A stretch of 64,000 nucleotides of DNA from a virus, in the IMG/VR virus record IMGVR_UViG_3300045988_147571. One strand, given 5' to 3'. Below, one piece after another: positions 49,461 to 59,060 of this stretch. Position 1 is the first letter of the stretch; each line of letters starts with the position of its first letter. Both the position numbers and the translations under genes were made by a program. The notes below the pieces were generated by a model, which had not been told where the DNA came from, did no database searches, and saw only the letters and a list, made by a program, of their open reading frames with translations.

Positions 49461-52400
49461 ATGAAGCAACAATTTCTTGATCTTAATGGATTAACAGAAT
49501 TAGTTACATATTTAAAAAAGAGTATAACAGAACAAAAAGAAATACTTCCATATGCTTCCAATAAGCTGTTTCCTTCTACAGGTAATGTAAATACAATTTA
49601 CATAGATACAGCAACAAATATCATTTATCGTTGGGACTCATCGAACAAGAAATATGAAATATTGGCTAAAGCAGTGAAATCAGTATCTATCTCAGAAAGT
49701 ACTGAAAACGGAAAAATCACACTCACTGTAGATGGTAATAAAACTACTGTTCCTATTCATGGATTGGGATCTGCTGCATATACAAATTCAAGTGCTTACT
49801 CTCCTGCCGGGCATACTCATACAAAAGCTCAGGTGGGGCTTGGCAATGTAGATAATACTGCTGATGCTAATAAAAGTGTAAAACATGCAATTACTGCTGA
49901 TAGTGCAACTACTGCAGGAACAGCTACAAATGTATCCGCTGGAGAAGGTACTGCTGATGCAGCTAGACATGTTTGGTTTTCTGACTCTGCTACGGAGACA
50001 AAGCGAGCATACAGCAATAAGTTTAAATATAATCCTGTTACTAATAATCTGACGGTAAATGTTACAGGAAATGCTGCAACTGCAAGTAGTGTCGCATGGG
50101 GTAACGTTACAGGGAAACCTTCTACCTATGCTCCTTCTGCTCATAATCATGATGATTCTACTATCACTTCTCTCAATGCATCAAAGCTTTTTGGAACAAT
50201 TGACATAGCAAGACTTCCACATGGAGCATTAGAAAGATGTGTAATTGTTGCAGATGATACTGCGAGATTTGCTCTTACTACTGCTAAAATTCAACTTGGT
50301 GATACAGTCAAAGTAAATAAGACTCAGAAAATGTATTTTGTTATTGATGATAGTAAATTGAATTCTGAGGCTGGTTATACAGTTTATACTGCAGGATCTG
50401 CTACTTCTGTACCTTGGTCAGGTGTAACAGGAAAACCTACAACATTCACACCAAGTTCTCATACTCATCCATATCTTAGTGCTTTGAGTGTTTCTGGAAA
50501 AACTATTACTTATACAAAAGGTGATGGAACTACTGGGACTATTACTACGCAAGATACATGGAGAGGTATTCAGAATAATTTAACAAGTACAAGCACAACT
50601 GATTCTTTGAGTGCCGCTCAAGGTAAGATTTTGAAAGGATTAGTTGATGAAAAACTGTCATTGAGTGGTGGCACTATGACTGGAAATATTGCTTATAAAG
50701 GTTCTAAAGCTACTTATGAAATGATTAAATTCATAGATAATTCAAGTGATACATATGGTAATGGTATTGCTATTGGCGGCGGTGGTCTTACTATTATCGG
50801 AGGCGGAGAATCTTCTGATGTTATAAAAAATGCTGCCAGTAGTGGCGGGGAAGAGCGATTAGTTCTTGCAAATGATGGTGCAATTGAATTTTATACCAAT
50901 TGTCAGGATGGTATAGATAAATCTGTACATACAACCATTGATAATACTGGACTTTTTTCAGGTACTGCTGCCAATGCAAAAGCCGTACCATGGAGCGGAG
51001 TTACTGGAAAACCTACAAGTTATCCGCCAAGTAGTCATACTCATGCTTATTTGCCATTGTCTGGGGGAACTATGACTGGCGCTCTTAACTTCGCAAACGG
51101 CATTTGGAATGTAGTTGGCGATGATGTTGCGATCGGTGATATGAATATTAGTGGTACATTAGGTGTTATGGGTAAGAATGGTAATACAGCTATTAAATTG
51201 GTTCAATATGGTGCGTCTACAACATCTGGATCAGCTGCTCCTGGAGTCACATGGATTTGTACAGGTGCTAATGCTTCTACTATTTCTGGAACTTTGTCTG
51301 GTACATTTTCTGGTAATTTGAGTGGTACTGCTACTTCGGCTAACGCTGCTCCGTGGTCTGGTATTACGGGGAAACCAAGTACATATCCACCATCAAGTCA
51401 TACACATAATTACGCTGGCTCCTCTACAGCTGGTGGAATTGCTTATAATGCTAATGCACTATATAAAAATTCATCAACAAGACAAACTTCTGCAAATTAT
51501 GATTTAACAAACGATAATATTTATGCTCATAGGGTTACTTATTCTGTTGCTTCAAGCACTATGACAACAGCAAAACCACCTACTGATGCACATATCCTTA
51601 CATTTGGTTGGGACACTAATGCTGGTTACGGCGCACAGTTTGCAGTTGGTAATTCATTTTCAAACCATTTATATATTCGAGGAGCAAAATCTGAAACGAA
51701 AGATAACAAAAATGTATGTACGTGGGAATCTAGTTGGAGAACTGTTTTGGATTCTGGAAACTATACTTCATATACAGTTACAAAAACTGGTTCTGGTGCA
51801 TCTGGTACATGGGGAATTAATGTCTCTGGAGGCGCTGCTTATCCTACAGGTTTTAATTCAAGGGTTACTTCGGCTACTTGGGGAAATCAAACAGGTACTT
51901 TAATCACAGACTGGCATACAAGTAATGGTGGAGATATTCAATTTCGTGATAACAGTGGCCAGTTAAATGTAATTACCGATGGATTCTTTTACCAAAACGA
52001 AGGTAGAAATTTAGTTCTTGATTCATCGAATTATAGCAACTATGCTGCAACAAAAGGACATACGCATAACTATGCAGGATCAGCGTCAGCAGGTGGAAAT
52101 GCGAACGCAGCTGTAAAATTGGCTAATGCAAGAAAAATTGGTAATGCTTCATTCGATGGTACTGCTAATATTACCTTATCTCAGATGGGACTTAACGTTC
52201 CTGTTGAAATTACAAAAGCTGACTATCTTGCAAAAAAGAAAGCTGGAACTTTAAATGCAAATACCTATTACAATGTTATTGATGAATATGATTCTGCAAA
52301 TGTTATTAACGACTCATCTGTAACAGCCAACAGTGCATTTTCAAGTACTAAATCGGAAAAAACATATGCAAAGAAAAGCGCCATAATTAATACTACTCTT

Positions 52401-52643
52401 ACAGCTAGTAAATGGACTGGTTCCTCTGCCCCGTATACATATGTATTACCTGTATCTGGTGCAACTACTTCAAATATAGTAGAAATTAATTATGCTTCTA
52501 ATGCATCATCTCAAGCAATAGAGGCATATCAGAACGCTATGTTAGCAGATGGAGGACAGACTACAAATCAGATTACTATAAAAGCAACCGAGAAACCAAC
52601 TGTAGATATTCCTATTACTATTGTTATAAGAAATGATTTATAA
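49461..52643 (+). CDS. tail fibre protein with repeated GKP..PS.H.H motifs
   Basis: 1060 aa. Four copies of (W)(S)G(V/I)TGKP(S/T)x(Y/F)xPS(S/A)H(T/N)H, plus GHTHTK and GHTHNY. Fibre motif AVKLANARKIGNASFDGTANITL. Gly/Ser/Thr/Ala-rich. Confidence 0.7.
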   Translation: MKQQFLDLNGLTELVTYLKKSITEQKEILPYASNKLFPSTGNVNTIYIDTATNIIYRWDSSNKKYEILAKAVKSVSISESTENGKITLTVDGNKTTVPIHGLGSAAYTNSSAYSPAGHTHTKAQVGLGNVDNTADANKSVKHAITADSATTAGTATNVSAGEGTADAARHVWFSDSATETKRAYSNKFKYNPVTNNLTVNVTGNAATASSVAWGNVTGKPSTYAPSAHNHDDSTITSLNASKLFGTIDIARLPHGALERCVIVADDTARFALTTAKIQLGDTVKVNKTQKMYFVIDDSKLNSEAGYTVYTAGSATSVPWSGVTGKPTTFTPSSHTHPYLSALSVSGKTITYTKGDGTTGTITTQDTWRGIQNNLTSTSTTDSLSAAQGKILKGLVDEKLSLSGGTMTGNIAYKGSKATYEMIKFIDNSSDTYGNGIAIGGGGLTIIGGGESSDVIKNAASSGGEERLVLANDGAIEFYTNCQDGIDKSVHTTIDNTGLFSGTAANAKAVPWSGVTGKPTSYPPSSHTHAYLPLSGGTMTGALNFANGIWNVVGDDVAIGDMNISGTLGVMGKNGNTAIKLVQYGASTTSGSAAPGVTWICTGANASTISGTLSGTFSGNLSGTATSANAAPWSGITGKPSTYPPSSHTHNYAGSSTAGGIAYNANALYKNSSTRQTSANYDLTNDNIYAHRVTYSVASSTMTTAKPPTDAHILTFGWDTNAGYGAQFAVGNSFSNHLYIRGAKSETKDNKNVCTWESSWRTVLDSGNYTSYTVTKTGSGASGTWGINVSGGAAYPTGFNSRVTSATWGNQTGTLITDWHTSNGGDIQFRDNSGQLNVITDGFFYQNEGRNLVLDSSNYSNYAATKGHTHNYAGSASAGGNANAAVKLANARKIGNASFDGTANITLSQMGLNVPVEITKADYLAKKKAGTLNANTYYNVIDEYDSANVINDSSVTANSAFSSTKSEKTYAKKSAIINTTLTASKWTGSSAPYTYVLPVSGATTSNIVEINYASNASSQAIEAYQNAMLADGGQTTNQITIKATEKPTVDIPITIVIRNDL

Positions 52644-52658
52644 AAAGGAGGCGATAAC

Positions 52659-53201
52659 ATGGCAATTTACAAAGGTGAACAATGTCTTGCCGGAGTTGGT
52701 AAGAATGCAACTATTAAAATCGGTACTGCTAAAACAGGTACTTCAGCTGCAGTAACCAATTCTGGTACAGATACAGATGCAATATTAAATTTTACACTGC
52801 CCAAAGGTGATCAGGGAGTTGGAATTTCAAGTGTTATCCCTCATTATCTTGCAAGTCCTAAATCACAGGGAGTAACCAGATCAACTACTGGATGGGCGAC
52901 TTCCGCTCAGGTTATGACATCTACAAACAAATATTTGTGGTGCTATCATGAATTTGTTTTGACAAACAATAATCATTTGTACACTACTCCAACAGTTATA
53001 GGTGTTTATGGAGATAAAGGTGATCCGGGTACAACTGATTATAATGGATTACAGAATAAACCGGTCGTTAATGGAGCTGTAACTGCTTATCAGTCAGATA
53101 TTATGAAATCTCAGTTAAGAAATGTGACATTCTCTACTGAAGAACCTAAGACATCTGATGGTAAGCCTGGTGATATGTGGGTGGTGTATGTCGATGAGTA
53201 A
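52659..53201 (+). CDS. fibre adaptor-like protein
   Basis: 180 aa with GGAGG RBS. Its C-terminus KPGDMWVVYVDE parallels KNGDIWIVYDS of 55918..56196. Confidence 0.5.
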   Translation: MAIYKGEQCLAGVGKNATIKIGTAKTGTSAAVTNSGTDTDAILNFTLPKGDQGVGISSVIPHYLASPKSQGVTRSTTGWATSAQVMTSTNKYLWCYHEFVLTNNNHLYTTPTVIGVYGDKGDPGTTDYNGLQNKPVVNGAVTAYQSDIMKSQLRNVTFSTEEPKTSDGKPGDMWVVYVDE

Positions 53202-55902
53202 TATTAAAACTGGTGATATTTTAAACTTTGGTTATACTGGTGCTGTTCAGAGTGTAACATTGCCTAAAGGAACATATAAATTGGAGTGTTGGGGCGCTCA
53301 GGGTGGAAATAGCAATCAATCAAACGGAACTTATGGTAATGGTGGAAAAGGTGGATATTCTACTGGTATTTTAAATGTTTCAACTAATACCACTATATAT
53401 ATAACAGTAGGAGGGCAAGGTCAAAATGGTGCCCTTAATACTAGAACTGCTGGTGGTTTTAACGGTGGTGGTGATGGTTATGGTACTAACAACTCTGGCG
53501 TAGGTGGCGGAGGTGGTGGAGCTTCTGATATTTCTTTAATGCATCCTGTATTTTCACAGTCATCTTATTTTATAAATAAAATTCGAGATACAAACTCACT
53601 ATTAAGTAGAATTATCGTAGCAGGTGGCGGAGGATCTGCAGGATATGATGTTAGTAATAATGCAGCTAATGGTGGTGCTGGCGGAGGTACTACAGGACAA
53701 GATGGATTATCAAACCGCGTTTATCATGGCACTGGCGGAAAACAAACTACTTTTGGTACAGGAGGATCATCAGAGGAATCTAATAGGTATTCCGTCCAAG
53801 CTAAATTCGGATGTGGAGCATCAGCCAGTAATTCTACAGATGTAGCGCCTGGTGGAGGCGGTGGCTGGTATGGAGGTGGATTACATTGTGATTCTGCTGG
53901 TGGCGGTTCTGGTTATGTCTACACCTCTTCTACAGCCTCTAATTACCCATCAGGTTGTTTATTAAACTCTTCTTATTACTTAACCGATGCCAAAACCATA
54001 GCAGGCAATAATTCTTTTGTTTCTCCCACAGGTTCATCTGAAACCGGACACTCAGGCAATGGATATTGTCGAATTACTGTTATTAAATGTAAGAGTACTG
54101 CGCTATATACCAGAATAAATAATTCAATGAAAAAGGCTATTGCTTTTTATTTTAAATTAAATAATAACAAAATGTACGGTGTTGGTTCTGCTAATTTTAA
54201 TGGTACTGTTATGAATTTTGATTATACTGGTTCAGTTCAAACTGCTACATTGGCTCCTGGAACATATAAGTTAGAATGCTGGGGTGCTCAAGGCGGGAAT
54301 TGCTATTGGAGTAGCGTGGAACGCCCTGGAAGTTTAGGCGGGTATAGTTCGGGCATTTTAAAAATCACTTCTAAAACAAATTTATTTTGTTACGTTGGTG
54401 GCGCCGGTGAAAGACGGACAATTGTTTCGATGGGTGGTGGTGGCTTCAATGGTGGAGGTCATGCATATAGTTATACATCTTCTAATCCGTCAGGAGCTGG
54501 TGGAGGAGGTTCAGATATAAGGATTGGAACCGATTCTCTATATTCAAGAGTTATCGTAGCAGGTGGAGGAGGCGGAGCAGGATATGATAATTCTGGAAAT
54601 TATGGGTATGGTGGAGGAACAGTTGGGGGCACTCAAACTGTTAACAGTAATTCCGAACGACAGGCAAATGGTGGTTCTCAAACTAACGGTGGTATAAATA
54701 AATCTGGATATACTACTTCAGGAGCTTTTGGTGTCGGAGGAAATGGAACTCAACAATGGACTTCCGGCGGCGGTGGCGGCTGGTATGGAGGAGCTGGTTG
54801 TTACTGTGATTATGCTGGCGGAGGTTCAGGTTATGTATATACTTCATCTACAGCTAAAAACTATCCATCTGGATGTTTGTTAAACTCTTCTTACTATCTC
54901 ACTAATGCTTCTACTATTGCTGGCAACAAATCATTCCCTTCTCCTACAGGTTCTACAGAAACAGGACACTCAGGTAACGGCTATGTAAGAATCACTAAAT
55001 TAACAGATGTAATATATCTCACTCATGCTAATAACGACATAATGAATTTTGATTACACAGGTTCCACACAATCTAAAACTCTAAAACCAGGTACATATAC
55101 AATAGAATGCTGGGGTGGCCAAGGAGGAAGTTATAGTAGTTACATAGGCGGATACGGTGGTTATTCCAAAGGCACAATTACTCTTACTAAGGTGACTACT
55201 GTTTATGTGTCTGTTGGCGGAGCTGGATCTTCCTCTTCTACTACTGCAGGATTCAATGGTGGAGGAGCTGGTATTTCTTCTGGTAGAGGTGGCGGCGGCG
55301 CCACAGATGTTCGTATAGGTCAAAATTCTCTATATTCAAGAGTTATCGTGGCTGGGGGCGGAGGAGGCGCTGGAGTTACAGGTGCTAATGTTAATCCTTG
55401 TGGTTGTGGCGGTGGAGAATATGGTGGAGATGGCTATAATAATAATACCACTGGTTCCTATACTACTGGTCAAAACAGATCTGGTGGTAGCGCTTCTCAA
55501 ACTGCAGGTGGAATAACTTGGAATACAGGCGCTCAGGCTACTTTTGGTCAAGGCGGAAATGCTTCTGGCTACTCTTGTGGAGGAGGTGGTGGCGGCTGGT
55601 ACGGTGGAGGCGGTGCATATGATAGTGACTCTGACTCTGATGGACGTTGGGGTGGAGGTGGATCTGGATATGTTTATACCTCTTCTACAGCTAAAAATTA
55701 TCCTAACGGATGCCTACTCAATTCCACTTATTATTTAACGAATGCTCAAACAATAGCCGGAAACACTTCTTTCACTTCTCCTACAGGATCAGCAGAAACT
55801 GGACATACAGGTAACGGATTCTGCAGAATTACAAATTTGAACCCAACACAATATGGATTATACGTAAAAACTAACTCAGGTTGGAAACACATAGATTTAT
55901 AA
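53194..55902 (+). CDS. glycine-rich-domain protein (three tandem domains)
   Basis: Three copies of about 270-300 aa, each running from NF(G/D)YTG..Q..TL.PGTYKLECWGAQGG through GGFNGGG, GGGG(A)SD(I/V)R, VIVAGGGG and GGGGGWYGG to SGYVYTSSTA.NYPSGCLLNS.YYLT.A.TIAGN.SF.SPTGS.ETGH.GNG(Y/F)(C/V)RIT. ATG 53194 overlaps the upstream stop (ATGAGTAA). The ORF-track start is 53158. Confidence 0.7.
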   Translation: MSNIKTGDILNFGYTGAVQSVTLPKGTYKLECWGAQGGNSNQSNGTYGNGGKGGYSTGILNVSTNTTIYITVGGQGQNGALNTRTAGGFNGGGDGYGTNNSGVGGGGGGASDISLMHPVFSQSSYFINKIRDTNSLLSRIIVAGGGGSAGYDVSNNAANGGAGGGTTGQDGLSNRVYHGTGGKQTTFGTGGSSEESNRYSVQAKFGCGASASNSTDVAPGGGGGWYGGGLHCDSAGGGSGYVYTSSTASNYPSGCLLNSSYYLTDAKTIAGNNSFVSPTGSSETGHSGNGYCRITVIKCKSTALYTRINNSMKKAIAFYFKLNNNKMYGVGSANFNGTVMNFDYTGSVQTATLAPGTYKLECWGAQGGNCYWSSVERPGSLGGYSSGILKITSKTNLFCYVGGAGERRTIVSMGGGGFNGGGHAYSYTSSNPSGAGGGGSDIRIGTDSLYSRVIVAGGGGGAGYDNSGNYGYGGGTVGGTQTVNSNSERQANGGSQTNGGINKSGYTTSGAFGVGGNGTQQWTSGGGGGWYGGAGCYCDYAGGGSGYVYTSSTAKNYPSGCLLNSSYYLTNASTIAGNKSFPSPTGSTETGHSGNGYVRITKLTDVIYLTHANNDIMNFDYTGSTQSKTLKPGTYTIECWGGQGGSYSSYIGGYGGYSKGTITLTKVTTVYVSVGGAGSSSSTTAGFNGGGAGISSGRGGGGATDVRIGQNSLYSRVIVAGGGGGAGVTGANVNPCGCGGGEYGGDGYNNNTTGSYTTGQNRSGGSASQTAGGITWNTGAQATFGQGGNASGYSCGGGGGGWYGGGGAYDSDSDSDGRWGGGGSGYVYTSSTAKNYPNGCLLNSTYYLTNAQTIAGNTSFTSPTGSAETGHTGNGFCRITNLNPTQYGLYVKTNSGWKHIDL

Positions 55903-55917
55903 AAGGAGGGCTTAACT

Positions 55918-56196
55918 ATGCCAATTATATTTCATGGAACAGGTAGTGGCGGCTCTGCTAAAAAACTAAAAACCGCACGAACTATTAATGGTACGAATTT
56001 TGATGGTACAGCTAATATTACTACTTCTAGTTGGGGAACAACAAGAACCGTTACTGTAGGAAATACAAGTAAATCTGTAAATGGTTCTGGAAATGTAAGT
56101 TGGTCTATGGATGAAATAGGTATTCATGTGTCTAGTTCTGAGCCTACTGCTTCTCAGGGAAAGAATGGTGATATTTGGATTGTTTATGATAGTTAA
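55918..56196 (+). CDS. fibre adaptor-like protein
   Basis: 92 aa with GGAGG RBS. Carries the fibre motif KLKTARTINGTNFDGTANIT and the C-terminus KNGDIWIVYDS. Confidence 0.5.
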   Translation: MPIIFHGTGSGGSAKKLKTARTINGTNFDGTANITTSSWGTTRTVTVGNTSKSVNGSGNVSWSMDEIGIHVSSSEPTASQGKNGDIWIVYDS

Positions 56197-56207
56197 AAAT
56201 AGAAAGG

Positions 56208-58616
56208 ATGGTGAGAGTTATGGCTTGTAGTTCTGGATGCGGTACAAGTTGCTCTACGAATTGTTCTACTACTTCGTCTGGAAACTGCGGTGGATGTGGT
56301 ACTGCGTGTTCTACAAGTTGCCAAACCACTGCTAGTGGTCAAAGTTGTAGTGGATGTGGAACATTGTGCTCAAGTAGTTGTGGTGATAGTTGTCATGGCA
56401 CCTGTAGCGGTAGTTGCGTCGGTACTTGTAGTGATACCTGCACCGCTGGTTGTAACACTACTTGTTATTATACTTGCACCGGCACTTGTGATAGCACTTG
56501 TTCTGCAAGTTGCGCAAATGATTGTTCCGGTACTTGCTCAGGAGGCTGTCAAGGTTGTACTGCTTCATGTCAAAATGATTGTTCTGGTTGTTCTGGTTGC
56601 GGAGGATCTTGTTCACACAGCTGTTCAGGCGATTGCGAAGGCGGCTGTTACGGATCATGCAATACTACTTGTACCGCTGATTGTCAAAATGACTGTAGCT
56701 CTGGATGTAATGATGGATGTAAAGATTCTTGCAAAAACACTTGTAAAGATACATGTACCGGTACATGCGTAGGCGGATGCGGTGCTTCTTGTGATAATAC
56801 CTGTAACACTGGATGTGAAAACTCTTGTAGCTCTAATTGCACATCATTATGTAGCATAGCTGGTACTTATGGTGAATCAGAAACCAATATATTAAACTTT
56901 GATTACACTGGTGCTGTTCAGAGTGTAACATTGAAACCCGGGAGATATGTGCTTGAATGTTGGGGTGCTCAAGGTGGTAATGGATGTACGGGAAATTCAT
57001 ATAAAGGCGGTGCCGGAGGATATTCCAAAGGTACTCTCACACTAGCCAAAACAGAAACTTTATACATATATGTTGGTGGACAAGGAGTTAGCGCTGCAGC
57101 TTCTGGCAATGGAAATATTCGAGAAGGTGGATTCAACGGTGGTGGATCTGGACGTGATTGGGGTAGTACTGGTCATGGCGGTGGCGGAGGTGGTGGCGCC
57201 TCTGATATTCGAATTATAACTGATAGCTTCTATGCTCGTGTTATAGTCGCCGGCGCTGGTGGTGGAGCTTCTGATAATGGAGCAGGCGGTGCTGGCGGCG
57301 GCACTTCTGGGATTTCATCATCCTCTTCCGCTGGAACAGCAACTGGAGGCAGCGGTTTTGGTCAAGCGGCGGCATCAAGTTGCACTTCCTATGAATGTGG
57401 TGGCGGTGGCGGTGGCTGGTATGGCGGCTATGGCGGATCTTCAGAAAACTATCCTGGCGGTGGTGGATCAGGTTACGTATATACATCTTCTTCTGCTTCT
57501 AACTACCCTTCTGGGTGTCTCTTAAATTCTTCATACTATCTCACCGATGCTCAAACCATTGCAGGAAATCAAACTTTTAAATCACCTACCAATACAAATG
57601 AAACGGGTCATTATGGTAATGGCTATTGTCGAATTACATGTTATGTTCCTAAGAAATCATATTTCTGCAAAGTGGGTAATACTATAAAACAATCTCCTGT
57701 TGTAATTGCAAAAGCAAATAATAAATTATTCGACACAGGAGCCGCAGTAATGAATCTTAGTTATACAGGAACTTCTCAAAATGTAGTCCTTCCAGCAGGT
57801 ACGTATAAATTTGAATGCTGGGGAGCACAGGGAGGTTATAGATCATCTTCTACTTATGGCGGTAAAGGTGGTTACTCCGTCGGAACTATTACGCTTACAC
57901 AAACAACTAATCTATTTGTATATGTTGGAGGTTCAGGTAACTCTGCTACTGCTTATACTAATGGTATATATGCTGGTGGATTTAACGGCGGTGGTTATAG
58001 ATATGGATATAAAGGTGGCGGTGGTGCTACTGATATTCGTATTGGTAAAGATGATCTTTATGCAAGAATAATTGTTGCAGGCGGTGGAGGTTCTGATGGT
58101 GCTAGTAATAAAACAGGTATGTATGGTGGAGGACTCGAAGGTGGAACTACTACTGAAAGTTGTGGTTCTGGTGGATATGGAGGAACACAAACAGGAAATA
58201 CGTGGCTAACTACTACTCGAACCACTTCTGCTACATCTACTTCTAACTGTTATGCTGGATTTGGATTCGGCGGAAATGGATGTTATAGTTCTTCTGGCTA
58301 TGCAGGTGCTGGCGGTGGAGGCTGGTATGGAGGTTCCGGTTCATATCCAGATGGCTCTGGCGATGATGACAGAGGAGGAGGCGGCGGCTCAGGTTATGTT
58401 TACACTGCAAAAACTGCTGCAAATTATCCTTCTGGAAATTACGTCAACTCTTCTTATTATCTCACTGACGCTTCCACTGTCGCAGGAAATCAATCATTTA
58501 CTGCTCCAGATGGATCAACTGAAACTGGTCATTCCGGTGATGGATTTTGTCGTATTACAAGGCTCAAAAATGCGACAGTATATGTAAAACAAAATAATGT
58601 ATGGATCAAGAGCTAA
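56208..58616 (+). CDS. CXXX-repeat / glycine-rich-domain fusion protein (virion fibre-like)
   Basis: The N-terminal ~215 aa are Cys-tetrad repeats. Two glycine-rich domains of the type in 53194..55902 follow. ATG 56220 is better spaced from AAAGGA/GGTGAG than the ORF-track ATG 56208. Confidence 0.7.
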   Translation: MVRVMACSSGCGTSCSTNCSTTSSGNCGGCGTACSTSCQTTASGQSCSGCGTLCSSSCGDSCHGTCSGSCVGTCSDTCTAGCNTTCYYTCTGTCDSTCSASCANDCSGTCSGGCQGCTASCQNDCSGCSGCGGSCSHSCSGDCEGGCYGSCNTTCTADCQNDCSSGCNDGCKDSCKNTCKDTCTGTCVGGCGASCDNTCNTGCENSCSSNCTSLCSIAGTYGESETNILNFDYTGAVQSVTLKPGRYVLECWGAQGGNGCTGNSYKGGAGGYSKGTLTLAKTETLYIYVGGQGVSAAASGNGNIREGGFNGGGSGRDWGSTGHGGGGGGGASDIRIITDSFYARVIVAGAGGGASDNGAGGAGGGTSGISSSSSAGTATGGSGFGQAAASSCTSYECGGGGGGWYGGYGGSSENYPGGGGSGYVYTSSSASNYPSGCLLNSSYYLTDAQTIAGNQTFKSPTNTNETGHYGNGYCRITCYVPKKSYFCKVGNTIKQSPVVIAKANNKLFDTGAAVMNLSYTGTSQNVVLPAGTYKFECWGAQGGYRSSSTYGGKGGYSVGTITLTQTTNLFVYVGGSGNSATAYTNGIYAGGFNGGGYRYGYKGGGGATDIRIGKDDLYARIIVAGGGGSDGASNKTGMYGGGLEGGTTTESCGSGGYGGTQTGNTWLTTTRTTSATSTSNCYAGFGFGGNGCYSSSGYAGAGGGGWYGGSGSYPDGSGDDDRGGGGGSGYVYTAKTAANYPSGNYVNSSYYLTDASTVAGNQSFTAPDGSTETGHSGDGFCRITRLKNATVYVKQNNVWIKS
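56226..56852 (+). repeat. coding tandem repeat: (C-x3)n, 52 Cys in about 209 codons
   Basis: Hand count gives 52 Cys, with 44 of 51 Cys-Cys spacings exactly CxxxC. The other residues are almost all G/S/T/N/D/A. Confidence 0.9.
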
Positions 58617-58635
58617 GGAAACTTAGCTCTTATTT
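58608..58635 (+). terminator. intrinsic terminator
   Basis: 10-bp stem AAGAGCTAAG/CTTAGCTCTT with loop GAAA. Overlaps the stop codon. Confidence 0.55.
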
Positions 58636-58654
58636 AAATTAAGGAGGATTTTCT

Positions 58655-59026
58655 ATGAAACTTATTTTAAAAGACAATACTGAAATTACAGTAACTCGTA
58701 TGAACAATACTTATGCATACGAAAATTTCGTAGATGGTATGGGTTATGACATGAATAAAAATATTTCTGCAAGTTTTACTATTTTCGACTCCGATAAAAG
58801 CTTTGAAGAATTAAAAACTATTTTATCAGGAGAAAATAGAGAAGGATTTAGACTTGCTTATGGCGTAACAGAAAAAGATTTCCCAGGAATGAAAATCGAA
58901 TCTATTTCTGAGGATATTGCCAATGATAGAAGTATTATCACAATTTCTATGAATGGAACTAAAGTAGAAGAAAAAACAGAGAACTCAGCTACAGATGCTG
59001 AAAAAGATACAAATAAAGAAGTTTAA
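58655..59026 (+). CDS. hypothetical protein (first gene of the maturase unit)
   Basis: 123-aa ORF with AAGGAGG RBS. No motif recognised. Confidence 0.5.
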   Translation: MKLILKDNTEITVTRMNNTYAYENFVDGMGYDMNKNISASFTIFDSDKSFEELKTILSGENREGFRLAYGVTEKDFPGMKIESISEDIANDRSIITISMNGTKVEEKTENSATDAEKDTNKEV

Positions 59027-59060
59027 TTAGTCAACAAAGGATAGAAAGGAATAAACAGAT

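Noticed and set aside
49364-49561. 65-aa minus-strand ORF across the divergent intergenic region
   Set aside because: It overlaps the RBS and start of the fibre gene and the 5' end of the 49371 gene. It has no RBS of its own.
56290-56772. 160-aa Val-rich plus-strand ORF, and other alternative-frame ORFs across 53600-58600
   Set aside because: These are frame-shifted readings of the TGY-NNN-NNN-NNN and GGN repeat DNA. Repetitive codon composition removes stop codons in other frames, and there are no independent start signals.
49461-58616. Diversity-generating retroelement or CRISPR-like explanation for the repeated fibre sequences
   Set aside because: No reverse transcriptase ORF and no template/variable repeat pair with adenine-specific differences are present. 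The repeats are in-frame protein domains, not spacer-separated direct repeats.
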